64,000 nucleotides of DNA, taken from NCBI GenBank assembly GCA_951406725.2, contig OX597821.1, positions 2,108,001 to 2,172,000 on the forward strand. Direction: 5' to 3'. The notes under the pieces were generated by a model. That model did no database searches. It was not told the origin of the DNA and worked only from the letters and a program-made list of their open reading frames with translations. The stretch is from Octopus vulgaris. Taxonomy: Eukaryota. The first letter of the stretch is position 1. The number at the start of each line of letters is the position of its first letter. Positions 21,916-35,952 of this stretch are shown piece by piece. A program made the position numbers and the translations under genes.

Positions 21916-23076
21916 TCAAGTCTTTTCGATACTCGATCGATACAGGGTCCAGCCCGTGGTACTTGAAGGGGCATCATGAATTTTGTTCGGAGGGAGAGCC
22001 TGTGGTCGTTGAAAATTAAAAGCAACAAAATGAATCAATATCGACAATGATGAGAATTATGTTTTATCTCTTTTATCGGATACAATATGCTACAGTGGAG
22101 AAGACTAGCCACTGGATTTGGTTAAAAAGACACGATGAGCAATGGCTAGAGAAATAGCGAGCTTTATTTAATAACCAGTTGATCTAGGAAGCGGGGCCTC
22201 ATATCAGTGAGGGGGGCCGGTGCGCATTGATGCCGTCGAGAGGTAGGCCCCGAAACGGCGCGCATTCTCTCCTGATGACCACATACATTTGATGGCTTCC
22301 GGTATGCGGAGTTCTTGACTGGTAGTACTTGCATGTGCAAGTTGTTTGCAAGACAATAAATTTATTAAATACGCAGATTTCAGCTATTGGAGTAGAGTAA
22401 ATAGAAAATATATAAATCCTCTTTCTTACTATCACAGTTAATTCAGAAAGTAAACACAATATATTCCTTTCAGACTTGAGAAAAATCCCAGTTATGTATT
22501 TTGTATAATTAATATCTTTTAGTGATTGATATTGCTAAAACATTGTATTTGAATGACGTTGAGAGCACAGCTTGACCAAATAAATGAATTATACCATATA
22601 TAATAGAGTAGCAATTTATATCTATATGAAAAATGCTCTCAAACTTATGAGATATTGCCACTTATCTATATAGCTCTTGAAATATAAAAAAGGGTCTTAC
22701 TTTTGTTTTTATCATACTCTCTCTCTCACTCGCTCTCTCTCTCACTCTTTACACACACACACGCACTCATATTGTACAGTAGACATCATTTCGGGTTCCA
22801 AATTCATGTACATGTGATATACTTTATTTTTGTTGGTTTAAATTGCAGAGAGAGTGAATTACTATATTAAATGGGATGTGTAGAGAATATATATTTTGTT
22901 TAAACACTTTCATATGCTTCATTCAAGAGATTTTCGCTTCTTTTACTCATTTATCTTTTATTGTGTAGGTGTAGATTTCCACAGAAAACAGCGTGTGTAG
23001 TAAGTCATATATTTATACATCTAACACTTTAAATCGTACAAGCTTCTTCCTACATAATATCTTTCTAAACACGCCC

Positions 23077-23122
<46 letters not shown>

Positions 23123-23665
23123 CCAAATATTCTTATATGAATCCACGAAGGCAAGCAAGTTTATGTAATAAGAGGATGTACATGTATGTACATACAGATG
23201 TACAGACACTATATGCATATACATGCATGTATGCGTGCTCTATACGCATGCTTGTGGATATGTAAATATTTGCAAGGCAGTGCATATAAATGGAGAATCG
23301 CGTGTATCCGTTTCTTTCATGATTTCTGTTTTATTCTGATTCTCATCTTCTCGATCGTTGCCATGTCTCAACCGCGCACACGTGTATATATAAATGACAG
23401 CATGGGTGTGTATATATATATATATATATATATATGAATGTGTTCATGTATGAGTATATACATACAAATATATGAAAATAGAAAATATATAAATCCTCTT
23501 TCTTACTATCACAGTTAATTCAGAAAGTAAACACAATATATTCCTTTCAGACTTCAGAAAAATCCCAGTTCTGCATGAATGTGTTCATTTATGAGTATAT
23601 ACATACAGATATATGTGTATATGTGTATATACCTGTATAAGTGTGGAGTGAATATAAATATATGC

Positions 23666-23738
<73 letters not shown>

Positions 23739-23944
23739 TATATGTATTTGTATATATTAATATATATAGAGACGCACAAATCAAACACATACACAAACAT
23801 ATATTTATGCACACTCCACATGGTATATACACATATATCTGTAAGTATATACTCATACATGAATACAGGTATATTATATATATATGTATGTATATATATA
23901 TATATATGAATATACACACATTATATATATTTACATATATATGT

Positions 23945-24017
<73 letters not shown>

Positions 24018-24819
24018 GTATATATGTATGTGTATACAGGTGTATTTGAATGAATGTTTGAATTTATGTGGCAATGATTACAGAAAAAAACGTTTGGTTC
24101 AGTTTTGACAGCCAACGCCATCTGTCATCGTGCTCTGTGCAAAGAGAAAATATAGAAATAAATACAAAAAAAAATATCTAAAACATTAACAAAAATGTAA
24201 ATCCAATGACAAAAAAAAAAGAAAACAAGGAATCATACTGAAAAAAAAAAAATTTATTTGAAATAAGGTAAAAATATGCTCAAAGAACAGAACAACTGCA
24301 GTTTGGTAAAGTATATGGGAAGGAATGCTGCAAAAGGGAGCTTGGGGTGAGAAGTGTCGACGTCAAAAGAATAGTGTAGAATTTGAAGTGAAGAAAGTAT
24401 AATAGGCCTATCGATTTGGTGTGGAGTAAGGTGGTTTGTATATACAAAACAATGGTTGACAGTAAGTGCACTAAGGGAGGTAAGTGAGCTGAACTACAGA
24501 TTTATATACCGCGTTGTGATACGTATATATATATATATATATATATTTATTATATATATATATTTATTATATATTATATATTATGTATACACTCACATAC
24601 ACACACATATATATATGATATAAAGCGATAGACGGAGGGAGAGAAAGGGAGGCCGGGGAAGAGAAGGCCCGACTTAGTAGGTGACAAGGTGAGTAAGGGA
24701 CATATTGTGGATAAGAGGCTGAGAGTAAGAATGCAAGGGAATGGAGAAGCCTATAACCGAAAAGGAACCTCGAAACCGAAGTAGAGAGAATTGGTGAGAT
24801 AAAGATGATGGTAAGTAAT

Positions 24820-25009
<190 letters not shown>

Positions 25010-25072
25010 GTCTGTGAATCAATCTACACACTCACACGCATGCGTACACATATCTATCTATAAATATACATA

Positions 25073-25290
25073 TGTAATCCCTCGACATATCGCGATTCAC
25101 CTATCGCGTTTTATTATTTAAGTTTACGTCGATTCTAAAGTGGTATTCTATTGCATTGATAATAGAATAGATATAGACATATAAAAATAGAAAAAAATTT
25201 ATACAGTACAGTACTGTTTTTACTTCGCGGATTTTCACCAACTGCAGAGGGTTTTGGAACGTAACACCCGCGATAGTCGAAGGATTACTG
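25073..25290. mobile_element. MITE with ~22 bp TIRs (Tc1/mariner-pogo type)
   Basis: Left end gtaatccctcgacatatcgcg and right end cgcgatagtcgaaggattactg, with TA dinucleotides on both sides. Confidence 0.65.
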
Positions 25291-25294
25291 TATA

Positions 25295-26090
25295 TTCTCA
25301 AGAAAGTTCTTGCGGTTTTTAACCTTTAAATTCAGATGCACGTATCTTGGCTCAAAAAAAACTTTATTAATCAAAATAAACACCATCAGAATCAACACAC
25401 TTTTGCCAACGCGAAACACGTTTATTTATGCTAGTAGCGTAAAATCCTGCGCTCTGGTGGCGATGAAATCGCTGAAGGCATGTTTGGTATCGTCTTGGGT
25501 TTTGAAGTATTTCTCACGCAGGAAGTTGTCGAGATGTTTGAAAAAGCGGTATTCGGTAGGCGAGAGGTCTGGTAAGTATGGCGGATGAAGCAGAGATTCG
25601 TAACCCAATTCGTTCAACTTCTGCAGGGTCAGTTGTGCGACGTGCGGTCGAGAGTTGTCGTGGAGAAGAATTGATCCTTTTCTCTTGACCAACGCTGAAT
25701 GTTGTTGTCGGGGTTTCTTATGCATTTCATCCATTTGCTGACAGTACTTCTCCGCCGTAATGGTTTCGTATTAAGCTGTGATCGATGAGAACGACCGCAG
25801 ACCACCAAACAATCACCATGACATTGTGTTGGTGCAACTGTGGCTTCACAAAGAACCGTGGAGCTTCGTCGGCGTCCGACCATTGAGCTGAGCGTCGCCG
25901 GTTGTCGTAAAGAATCAACTTTTCATCGCAAGTCACATACCGGTCGAGAAACGGGTCGTTCTTGTTAAGTAAAAGAAGGGAAGACGACATTTCAAAACAG
26001 CGTTTTTATTTTTGTCATTCAAATCGTGCAGCACCCATTTCTCAAGTATCTTTGCTTTTCCAATCTCTTTCAAGTGGTTGGAAATTGTCG
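25295..26090 (-). mobile_element. mariner transposase relic (3' two-thirds)
   Basis: Motifs VTCDEKLILYDN, VMVIVWWS, LLHDNSRPHV and HPPYLPDLSPTEY, with frameshifts. The end sequence agaaagttcttgcgg resembles the terminus at ~48745. Confidence 0.9.
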
Positions 26091-28984
26091 TATACAGAAC
26101 AGGTGGAGGAGTGAAGAAAGGGAAAGAGAATGATTTTCACGGGAGTTTAGTAAACTAGAGATAACACTCGCAACCAAAGAAAAAGATATAGGTATTAAAA
26201 TGCGCGAACCCAGTTTCAGGGTTCAACCGCAATGTGTGGTGCTTTGGCTAAATGTCTTTTAATATACCATCGACTGTCCGAAGCCTTGTCAGTTCATTTC
26301 GTAGAAGGAAACACTGAAAGAAGCCCGTCGTATATATATATATATATATAACACAGCAAGCGGAAATTAACAAAACCCATCATGCGCAAAAATAGACGGC
26401 AACATAACAAACGGTAAACAGGACAAAACAAGATACACTGTTCACTCGCAACCGATTTCCCCTTCTGTCCGAACCCGGGATGTCCTTGCAGTTGCGTATT
26501 TCTTTATTTCTGAGACTGCTGGAATTCGGCGAGTGCCAGGGACTTAATCTAAATCCATTAAGCCACTGGGAAAGGCAAAGGAATATATACAAGAACGAAA
26601 ACAGGAACGGATGTTTCCTTTGTTTTATATATATATATATAACGGGCAACTCCGTCTGTCCGCCCAGAACCCCTATATCTCAGTCTACATTTGCTCTATA
26701 TAGACATTTGACCCTTTTGGAATCAGGATAATCTTTGGATTGAAAATCAGCCCTTCATTTTGTTCTTGAGCATTCAGCATTTGGATTTGATTTAAAAGCA
26801 TTTGGCTTGCTATTTCTAGCAGATAAAACTTGGATGATTTGCGCTGTCTTGACCGACGTTTGTTAGATGACATCAGAAATCAAGGGTGAGATAAAGGACA
26901 TTCTCTTCGTTAATTTTACGCCGAGATAAGAACTTTGGGATTCATTGACCAACAGCTGAAATTCAACGTGGGACTGGAACAATAGAATGATTGCATTACA
27001 GAATTGATTCTCATCTGTCCTTCACCTCTGAACAAACACCACCGGGCCATATAGTCATTATAGATGTATTATAGTCATGCTATTTAGCTCCCTTTAGTTT
27101 TGGGCCACAAGCCTAATTAGCCCTCCGCGCGAGCTAGCATGTATACGTGTGTATAAGTGGGTGCATATTTGTGTGACTTTGTGTTTATTTTTCCAACACC
27201 ACCGCTTGACGTTGAGTGTTGGTGAGTTTACTCTACCGTAAGTTAGTGATTAGGAAAGATGGGCGATAAAATAATCACCAGGCTTAAAAACAAGAGAGTT
27301 CTGGGGTCGATTCATTTCACTAAACATTCGTCAATGTAGTTCCCCAGCATGACTAGTCAAATGAGTGTAACCAGTAAAAGTGAATTATAAAATATAAATG
27401 TCTCTGCGTGTATAAATGTGAGTGTGTCTCTGAGTCAATGTTTGAGAATTGCTTCTGTAAGATTAAATGGCAGGCATCGTAGAAAATTAAAGGTACAACA
27501 GAGGAAATCTAGAATTGAAGTAGGAAATAAACAGACGAAAGGCTTTAGAACAGAATAACCAAGTTTGTGCGTATTGAATGGTCGTCTATATAAATATCTA
27601 CGCACGCCCAAACACACACAAGCAGCGCACACATATATACGCATATATACACAAGCAATGCGCACACACATACGTACATAAACACCCACAGCCACACACA
27701 CACACAAGCACGCGCACATACATTCACATACATATTCATAGATATCGATACATACTCATAATTATGTATATATTAATGTGTTTTTATCTCTCTGTCTCTC
27801 TCTATCTATCTTTTTATCTATCTATCTACACACCCACACGCATAAATATATGAAGGCTGCCACTTCAAGAAATGGTGTCGATTGATTACACTCTTAAAAC
27901 AATGCAGACGTATGTTTTCAATTTTGCCAGATAGCTGCATTCTTTTGCATAAATGTGTTAAAAACGATCATCTATTGTGGTAGATGTTCAGAAAGCTTAC
28001 ATCCCACGCTGTTACATGCCTTCATTCTATCGTAGAATTTTTCATTGAGTGTTTTGTCTCTCTCGGCTACAGCTATCCATAGTATGCAAAGCAATATAGA
28101 AATGTTAAAAAGCAAGCATTCAAACAATACCTATGTCTGAAGGCATTTTTCGGGAGGAAAGTACTTGTACTAGATGAAACCCACTTTCTAAACTAATCTG
28201 TTTCATTTGATGCAAATAAATTTGTAGGAGTTAAATGAAAGACTCCTACGAACAGAGGTTCCGTAATTTCAGCTGGCGGAGTGCCCTTATCTCTTCTGTG
28301 TGCTTATCCATCCTTTGATGAGTTTTGTTATTTGCTCTGCAGGATGTCAAATGAAAACCACCTTCCTTATATAATATGCTTTGTACGTTTGCCAGTTTAG
28401 TCGTCAACGACCAGACCAAGAGACAGATTTTATTGAGTTACATTTTATCGAGCTCCAGCGAATGCGCGTTTGTAGAATCTATGGGTGAACGGAATTTCAG
28501 TTAGTCATATAAAGTTTATTGTTTCACTCTACAAGACACAAAATTGCACGACCGAAGAATGGGTAAACAGTGAAGATAATCAATGCAATTATTGAAAATA
28601 TATAACAGAAAGCCGTATTGTATACTCCTACTAGAAACGTTCCGTTTGTCGGCACTAGATTTGTGAGCAACACATTATATTTTCACTGCATACTCTTTAT
28701 AAAAAGTAGCATTTTTAATTAAAGGGAATACATATAAAATTTAAGCTTTATCCGGAGACTCTTATAAGGTTTCCGAACATTTTTGGAGCACTAATTTTAA
28801 TACTTAAAGCAAATAGACAATACGAAAACATAAACATATACAAATCCCGGTGACATTACTTTAAATACCTATGGTGTAGAAAATTGACATGTACGCAACA
28901 TTCCCCCACACAGAAACACACACACTCACCCCTCCACACACGCATGATAAGATGAGAACTAAAAATATGATATCTTTCATATAT

Positions 28985-29058
<74 letters not shown>

Positions 29059-29095
29059 AATGTATGTATGTATGTATGCATGTATGGATGGATGG

Positions 29096-29138
<43 letters not shown>

Positions 29139-29301
29139 GAAGGAGGAGCAAAAAGATTTCTATTTTCAGACGATTGTCGTACAGGTTTCCTCAGATCCAT
29201 TACCTGGATTTGATTTGAATGCAGGATCAGAAATTGAACATGGATACCTGTATAGGTATGTATATATGTGCGTGTGTGTTTGTGGGAGAGATGTATATAT
29301 G

Positions 29302-29332
<31 letters not shown>

Positions 29333-29354
29333 CTTATTACATGTATTATATATA

Positions 29355-29760
29355 GGCGCAGGCGTGGCTGTGTGGTAAGTAGCTTGTTTATCAACCACAT
29401 GGTTCCGGGTTCATTCCCACTGCGTGGCACCTTGGGCAGGTGTCTTCTGCTATAGCCTCGGGCCGATCAGAGCCTTGTGAGTGGATTTCGTAGACGGAAA
29501 CTGAAAGAAGCCCGTCGTATATATGTGTATATATGTATGCGTGTCTATGTTTGTGGATCTGTGTTTGTGCCCCTAGCATTGCTTGACAGCCGATGCTGGT
29601 GTGTTTATGTCCCCGTTACTTAGCGGTTCGGCAAAAAAGACCGATAGAATAAGTACTGGGCTTACAAAAGAATAAGTCCCGGGGTCGATTAAAGGCGGTG
29701 CTCCAGCATGGCCGCAGTCAAATGACTGAAACAAGTAATAGTGTTATAGAGTAATAGAGT
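29355..29760 (+). mobile_element. SINE family A
   Basis: Full-length copy. Confidence 0.85.
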
Positions 29761-29939
29761 ATATATACATATTATATATAGTATATATATATAATATATA
29801 TATATATATATGTTATATATATATTATATATATAAATATATATTATATTATTGTTTTACTGGTTTCAGCCAAGCGGTTGCGGTCATGCTGGAGCACCACC
29901 ACGGTTTTCTGACTTCCTCAGTCTGAGTATTTCACATCA

Positions 29940-30300
29940 CCACTCCTGTATGTGCCTTTTCCCCAGTTGTTCGTACATTTGGTGTACAACTGAGTTTGAT
30001 TCGGCTGCCTCGCCTGTACCTCATGTCGGACAGCTGGTTCATATGTTATTGCGTAGAGGAGGATGTCTAGTTCAAGTTTGAAGACATCTACTTCCACTTT
30101 GTGCAAATTTCTTAGTTTTTTTTTTTTTTTTTGTAGCAGGCAACTGAAGAGCTGTAGGCCTTTGAGGTATAGACTATTGCAATAGCTCGTCCTGAATTTG
30201 GACGGAGTGGATGGTACCTTTGGTACAATACAATAGCGGCCAGTTCTGGCACTTGTATAACGCTCAATATGAAAGTTAGGTACTAGCCCCTCAAGGATGT
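29940..30300 (-). pseudogene. CR1-group LINE ORF2 3' relic
   Basis: Translates as ILEGLVPN...RTGRYCIVPKVPSTPSKFRTSYCNSL...LHKVEVDVFKLELDILL. It belongs to the same family as the 16020-16400 relic. Confidence 0.7.
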
Positions 30301-30343
30301 TATATATATATATATATATATAATATATTACACATATGATATA

Positions 30344-30390
<47 letters not shown>

Positions 30391-30682
30391 TGTGTGCGTG
30401 CGCGCGTGTGCATATAATAACGTATTTTTATCTATTTTATAGATATTTTCTTTATATAGCAAAAGGCACCCATATCCATACACAAGCTAACGCGCGCACA
30501 AATACACAGCAACAACAACAACAACAACAACAACAACACACATATCATTAAATAAATATATAATTTGTTATAGATATATAACGCAATTATATAAACGCAA
30601 TTAAAAAAAAACAGAATGGGTGCGAAGTGAAAAATGAATATTGATGAACAAGGCAGATGTAGGTATGTTTAAAGAAATTAAG

Positions 30683-31517
30683 GGATCTTTTCCTTTTGAA
30701 CGGCACTTTGTAACATAATTTCTAGGTAACTAAAAAGTTTTAAACTTCGTATACTGGTAGAATGCGTTTATAAAACATCATTTTTCTTGGCTTTATTGAG
30801 AAAATTCTATAGGTTGTAAGATATTTCGTCTTTAATTTCGAGCATTTCGGGAATTTTAACCAATCATTGACGTCCATTTAGGTAAATAACATTCTGTGCA
30901 TAATGAATATGTCCCTCCTTTAAGAAACAGATTGGGTTTATTTACATTTGTGAAGAAAAAAGATACCCTTCCCCCACCCCTAACCCTAACTAACCCTAAC
31001 TCACCCTAACTCTAACCCTAAATCTTAAATAGATTGAAATCCAATAGATCGATACTAGGGTTATAATTATGGGTGACAATTTCATACGACACCGCTACGG
31101 AAAATGGGATTTTTTCTAGCGGTGTCAAATGAAAATGTCACCCATAATTATGGCCCTAGTATCGATCTATTGCATTTCAATCTATTTTAGATTTAGGGTT
31201 AGTTAGGGTTAGTGTTAGAGGTTGGGGAAGGATATCTTTTTTCGTCACAGATGTAAATAAACCCAATCTGTTTCTTAAAGGAGGGACATATTCATTATGC
31301 ATAGAATGTTATTTACCTAAATGGACGTCAGTGATTGGTTAAAATTGCCGAAATGCTCGAAATTAAAGACGAAATATCTTACAACCTATAGAATTTTCTC
31401 AATAAATCCAAGAGAAAATGATGTTTTATTAACACATTTTACCAGTATACGAAGTTTTAAAACTTTTTAGTTACCTAGAAATTATGTTACAAAGTGCCGT
31501 TCAAAAGGAAAAGATCC
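30683..31517. mobile_element. 835 bp fully palindromic non-autonomous DNA transposon with a putative 8 bp TSD
   Basis: ggatcttttccttttgaacggcac... is inverted against ...gtgccgttcaaaaggaaaagatcc, and the ~410 bp arms meet near 31100. The flanks are AAATTAAG (30675-30682) and AAAATAAG (31518-31525). Confidence 0.88.
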
Positions 31518-32179
31518 AAAATAAGTGTTTGAGAGTTTTCAAGAAATGTGAACAAATATGAAAATGTAGCCCAACGTTGAAAACTAAAGAGCATTTGTGT
31601 TACAGAGTGAGAAATCGAGAGAGAGAAATAGAAAGAGAGAGGCAAAAGAGATAGAGTGACGGACGGAGAGAGAGGAAGAGAGAGAAGACTGTGTGAGAGA
31701 GAGGATGAGAGAAAGGTAGAGAGAAGATGGGGAGAGATTCGTGGTAAAGAGAGCGACAGGTAAACAGATTGAGGTACGCCTGAATGTTTGTCTCTGTTTA
31801 TGCTTGTGCACGTGAAATAATGTGTGTGTGTGAGGGAGAGAGAATGGAAGAGAGACGGAAATAGAAAAGGAAAAGTTAAAAAGTGGAAGAAGGCAGAAAA
31901 AACGATACAGATGTGGTTGACTTGAAATAAAATCATGAGTTCACCACACAACTCACGTTAATCTGACAGCTAAATTTTCAAGTGCGCTGTACGCAAAGTC
32001 AAACATTTGAAAAAACCTCGTGCTTATAGTGACGTCGCGAAATATATTATTACGTAAGGGTTAACCGAGAAAACCTTTAGGAGACTATGATTATATGTTC
32101 AGATTGTCGAATGTCTATGAGTACAATTATTAAAAGCCTAAAATTTGGGGTGCTTACCCTTCCACTTTGCTGTATTTTG

Positions 32180-32285
32180 GGATGGTCATTTTATATATTT
32201 TTATTTTTTGCCAAATAAACACGCGCATTCTTATAGTGCGTATGTTTATTTGGTAAAAAAATAAATAATTAAATAAAATGACCAA
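32180..32285. repeat. ~100 bp hairpin related to the terminus of the 17261 fold-back
   Basis: tggtcattttat...ttgccaaataaacacgcgca is inverted against tgcgtatgtttatttggtaa...ataaaatgacca. Confidence 0.65.
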
Positions 32286-32329
32286 ATTGTAGGCGTAGGA
32301 GTGGCTTTGTGGTAAGTAGCTCGCTTATG

Positions 32330-34340
32330 CATTCGTGTCTGTTAGTTACTTCCGTGAAAGAGAACTGTCAAGACGTGCTGTGAAGCTGCCCTGATAAATT
32401 GCAAAAGTTGACGTACAATCAAAGGCATTTGTCCTTTTTGGGAGGTTAGTAGGAATTGAATTATTATTTTTTTTCGAAAAAGGGTCTCCACTGGGTTCCC
32501 GGCATTTGTTTGCCAGTGGTCATACAAAAAGTCTCACTTTATAGAGAGAATTGTGTTTGTTTAAGGTGGGCGTATCCCCTCCAGAAAATTTTGTTGTGAA
32601 AATTGTCTCTGCCAAGAAATTACACTTTTTAACAAGTGTATATTTTTACAACAACATTTACCATTATTGGAAAACTGTATTTCAAGTGTTCACATGAAGT
32701 GAATTTTTTTTTCTCTTTGTGAGAAGTATAGTTTGGTGACGTATCCTGTCACCAAAAGCCGTTTGCTGTTTGTAAATAGTGTGCATTTTATAACTACGTT
32801 GAAAAGATGTATTTCAAGTGGAGCAGTCCATGTTCTAATTGGAGTACCATAGGGCTTGGTGTACCTGAATGCCCAAAAGATTTTTTTTGCTGTGTCTTTT
32901 TTTTTAACTGTTGCTTTCTTCTTCTATTATGACTTATTTATTGAACTATTTGCTTTTTCTTCTTCCTTTTTTTCCCCTTTTGAATTCTCTCTTTCCTTTT
33001 TTGTGAACTATCGTTTTGGACTTTTTTATTTTTTAATTTAAAACATGGTAAAAAACATACGGATAAGATTGTAGAGTGGGAGGTTGTCCCACTTAAGGAC
33101 TGGCTCAGACAGCAAGAAGAGAGGAGGGCGGTGTTGAGAACGTTTTCGAAGGTTCTCGACACAATTACCGTCTTCCCTAAGCAGATGATTGAGCAGGAGT
33201 TGGCGGAACATCTGCCAACCATTAACTATATCTCTAGGGGAGTCAAACATGCAACGGTGTGGTTGCTGACATACCAGAGGAGGCTTGCAGTTTTGCGAGC
33301 CAGCCAGTTGATGGTAAAGAAATCCTGTTTCTTCCCACTTGTGAGGAAAAATTGAGGAGGGCCTTGTTTTGTGGTTTGTCACCCGGAATTGAACCCCAGT
33401 GGATAGAGGATACTATCCGTCGCGGTCTGGGTGGCAGCGGAGCCAGACTCCTCAATGTGAAAATTATTCCTGCATAACCATGAATCTGGTTATGCTAGAT
33501 TTTTTTAAATGGCCGGGTGGAGGTACCCAGTGAACCTTGAGGGTCGCCCCTCCCCAGGTGTCATCGGTGTCTGGAGCCTGACCATATAAAGAAGAACTGT
33601 CCTCGGGAGCAAGGCGGAGTCCTGGAGAAGTCAATTGAGACCTCTGTAGAAGAGGGAACGAAAGCGGCTGAGGAGACGGAGGACTCTCCAGGGAAGGGCC
33701 GCAAGAGGAAGAAGGTGAGCAACAATGGGTGCTCACCTCGGGATGATTGAGGGGTGGTGAATCTCCCGGTCACGGAGGAGACGCACCCTCCCTCAGTTGA
33801 GAGGAAAACAAAGAGGAAGAGGAAGAGAAACAGGACATTGCCGGCAGTCGGTGACATAGCACCGGAATGTCCCAGGACCATGCCGGTAGGGGTTGTGCCA
33901 CCGACAGGGGAAGAGACACCACTGGGGGGAATTGTGCCACCAACGGTAGAAGTGACTACCTCGAACCCAGAGGAAGAGGAACTATTAGTCTTCTACAGAG
34001 GCGGCGAGGTAGAAGCGGTGGTGGAAAATCACCATAATGGACACATTTAACCTTCACACAGGATGCCGAATGGCCTCCGCATATAGCTGTACAGGTCATA
34101 ACATTGTATGTGGGATATAGACTGCAAGGACTCAATGAGGAATAACGCTTGTGGCCGGGCGACGCCGGCTCGGATCCCGCTTTGGTCTTGAATGAAGCAT
34201 GGGGGATGGTGGAGCGCACGGGCACAAGCGATATCGGGGAGGAATAATGATAAGAGGTTGAAAAGCCTCAGTGTCGTAATGTTTATTATGTTTATTGCAT
34301 GTTAGTGTGTTTAAGAGGCTTAACGCCCCAATTCTTAAAT
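32330..34340 (+). mobile_element. Degraded retroelement with a gag-like ORF1 (CCHC zinc knuckle), probably Tx1/L1-type, with no RT seen
   Basis: A frameshifted coding-like, GC-richer stretch runs ~33045-34250, and 33559-33603 encodes CHRCLEPDHIKKNCP (C-x2-C-x4-H-x4-C). It starts directly after a truncated family A SINE head at 32291-32327. The boundaries are approximate. Confidence 0.55.
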
Positions 34341-35340
34341 GGACTTTTAGTCCAACAATTGTGAAATTGAAATGGTTCATTACCTCGTTTTGTCTTTTTC
34401 TGTGAAAAAAAGAAAAGGATAATGTTTTAGAGAAGCAAAGGATCGGCGGGAATTTTTGTCTTCTCCCATTAATATCATCCTTATCATCCTTCACCTCCTC
34501 AATGTCTTTGCCCAGCCCGCAAGCTACTCTGTATCGTGCCTTTATGGCATAATTTTTGAAATAAAGTAGCTCGCTTACTTCACAGAAAAACCCTTTGCGT
34601 CTATCAAGATAGCGCAAGAAAATGAGAAAAATCCTTGACGGACAGAATATAAACGTTTCTGGCTGAGTGAGCAGTAGGCCGAAAAATACGAAGCACATTG
34701 ACTGGACACCGGTTACGTGGTAGGAGAGACGATGAGTGGTGGAGGGAGTAAGGGATGAGTGAGGGGAGAGAGAGAAAGAAGAAAAGGGGAAGAAGGAGCT
34801 AACAGTCACACTACAGATATTCAGGGAATATTTTGTACAGTTAAGTAAACAAGCAGGGTTGCATTGCGCTGCAATGAATATTTCAAAAGTGAGACAGAGA
34901 AGGGAAAGAAAAACGAAATCTGGGCGAAAACATAACGGACAGAAAAGGAATACAAAAATATGATACAAGGGACATTCGCAGCTGACTTTCTCATCAGTTG
35001 GTATCGGGGACGTCGTAGTGGTTTCAGGCTATTTAAACCAAGACCACTGCAAAATGCATATGTATAATATATATATATATACTTTAGCTGGTTTCAGCTC
35101 GAAAGCTGCGGTCATGCTGGAGTACACTTATTCATGAACAGATTATTTAACTAACATTAAAGTAAATAATGCAATTTTTGTAGAATATGTATTTCTTTAA
35201 AATACTTTTACAAGAGAGTTCACAACGGCTTCGGCATTTCGGCTTGCTGGCTTTCACACAACAGTCGAATAAAGGCTAGCAGGTCGAAACATTGAAGTCC
35301 TGTCAACATTCATTCTGTGTACATGTATGTTTCCATAAGC

Positions 35341-35382
<42 letters not shown>

Positions 35383-35886
35383 TTATAGATGTACATACAT
35401 ACTCAGTTGTCTATGCGTACACAGAAATAGGTATATAGATTGATACATAGCTAGCTAGACTTCCATAAAATTAACAGTACAATCAGCCATTTTATATACA
35501 GAGTTTGATAAAATAGGCACCAAACAGAGAACTGAGTGTCATATAATTGATTACAGCCCTTGAATATTGTGGGGCAGCACACCCACTGTGCCACCACTTA
35601 AAATAGTAAAGAAAAAATAATATAAATAACCACATAGTTTCGGGAATCTGACATAATAGCAAAATGAATTATAGAAATATCGAATAATGGAAGTTAAAGA
35701 AGCTACGTGAATTACGAAATAACCGAATGGTAACCGATTTCTTGGAAAACGGAGCAGTGTAAGATAATGGATTGGAAAGACGGCAGAAAAAATAAAGATC
35801 TCTTAGAAGCGTCAAAGAGAAAGAATACGGCTTAGAAATGGAGTATGAGCGAGAAGGCAGCTTCGCAACAGAAAAATGCTTGTTAA

Positions 35887-35952
<66 letters not shown>

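Noticed and set aside
22185-22280. ggggcct...aggcccc-GAAAC hairpin followed by CTGATGA
   Set aside because: The order and pairing do not assemble into a complete hammerhead; at most it is a decayed PLE end.
30977-31226. Telomere or chromosome-fusion site
   Set aside because: The repeats are short, degenerate and embedded symmetrically in the arms of a TSD-flanked palindromic element.
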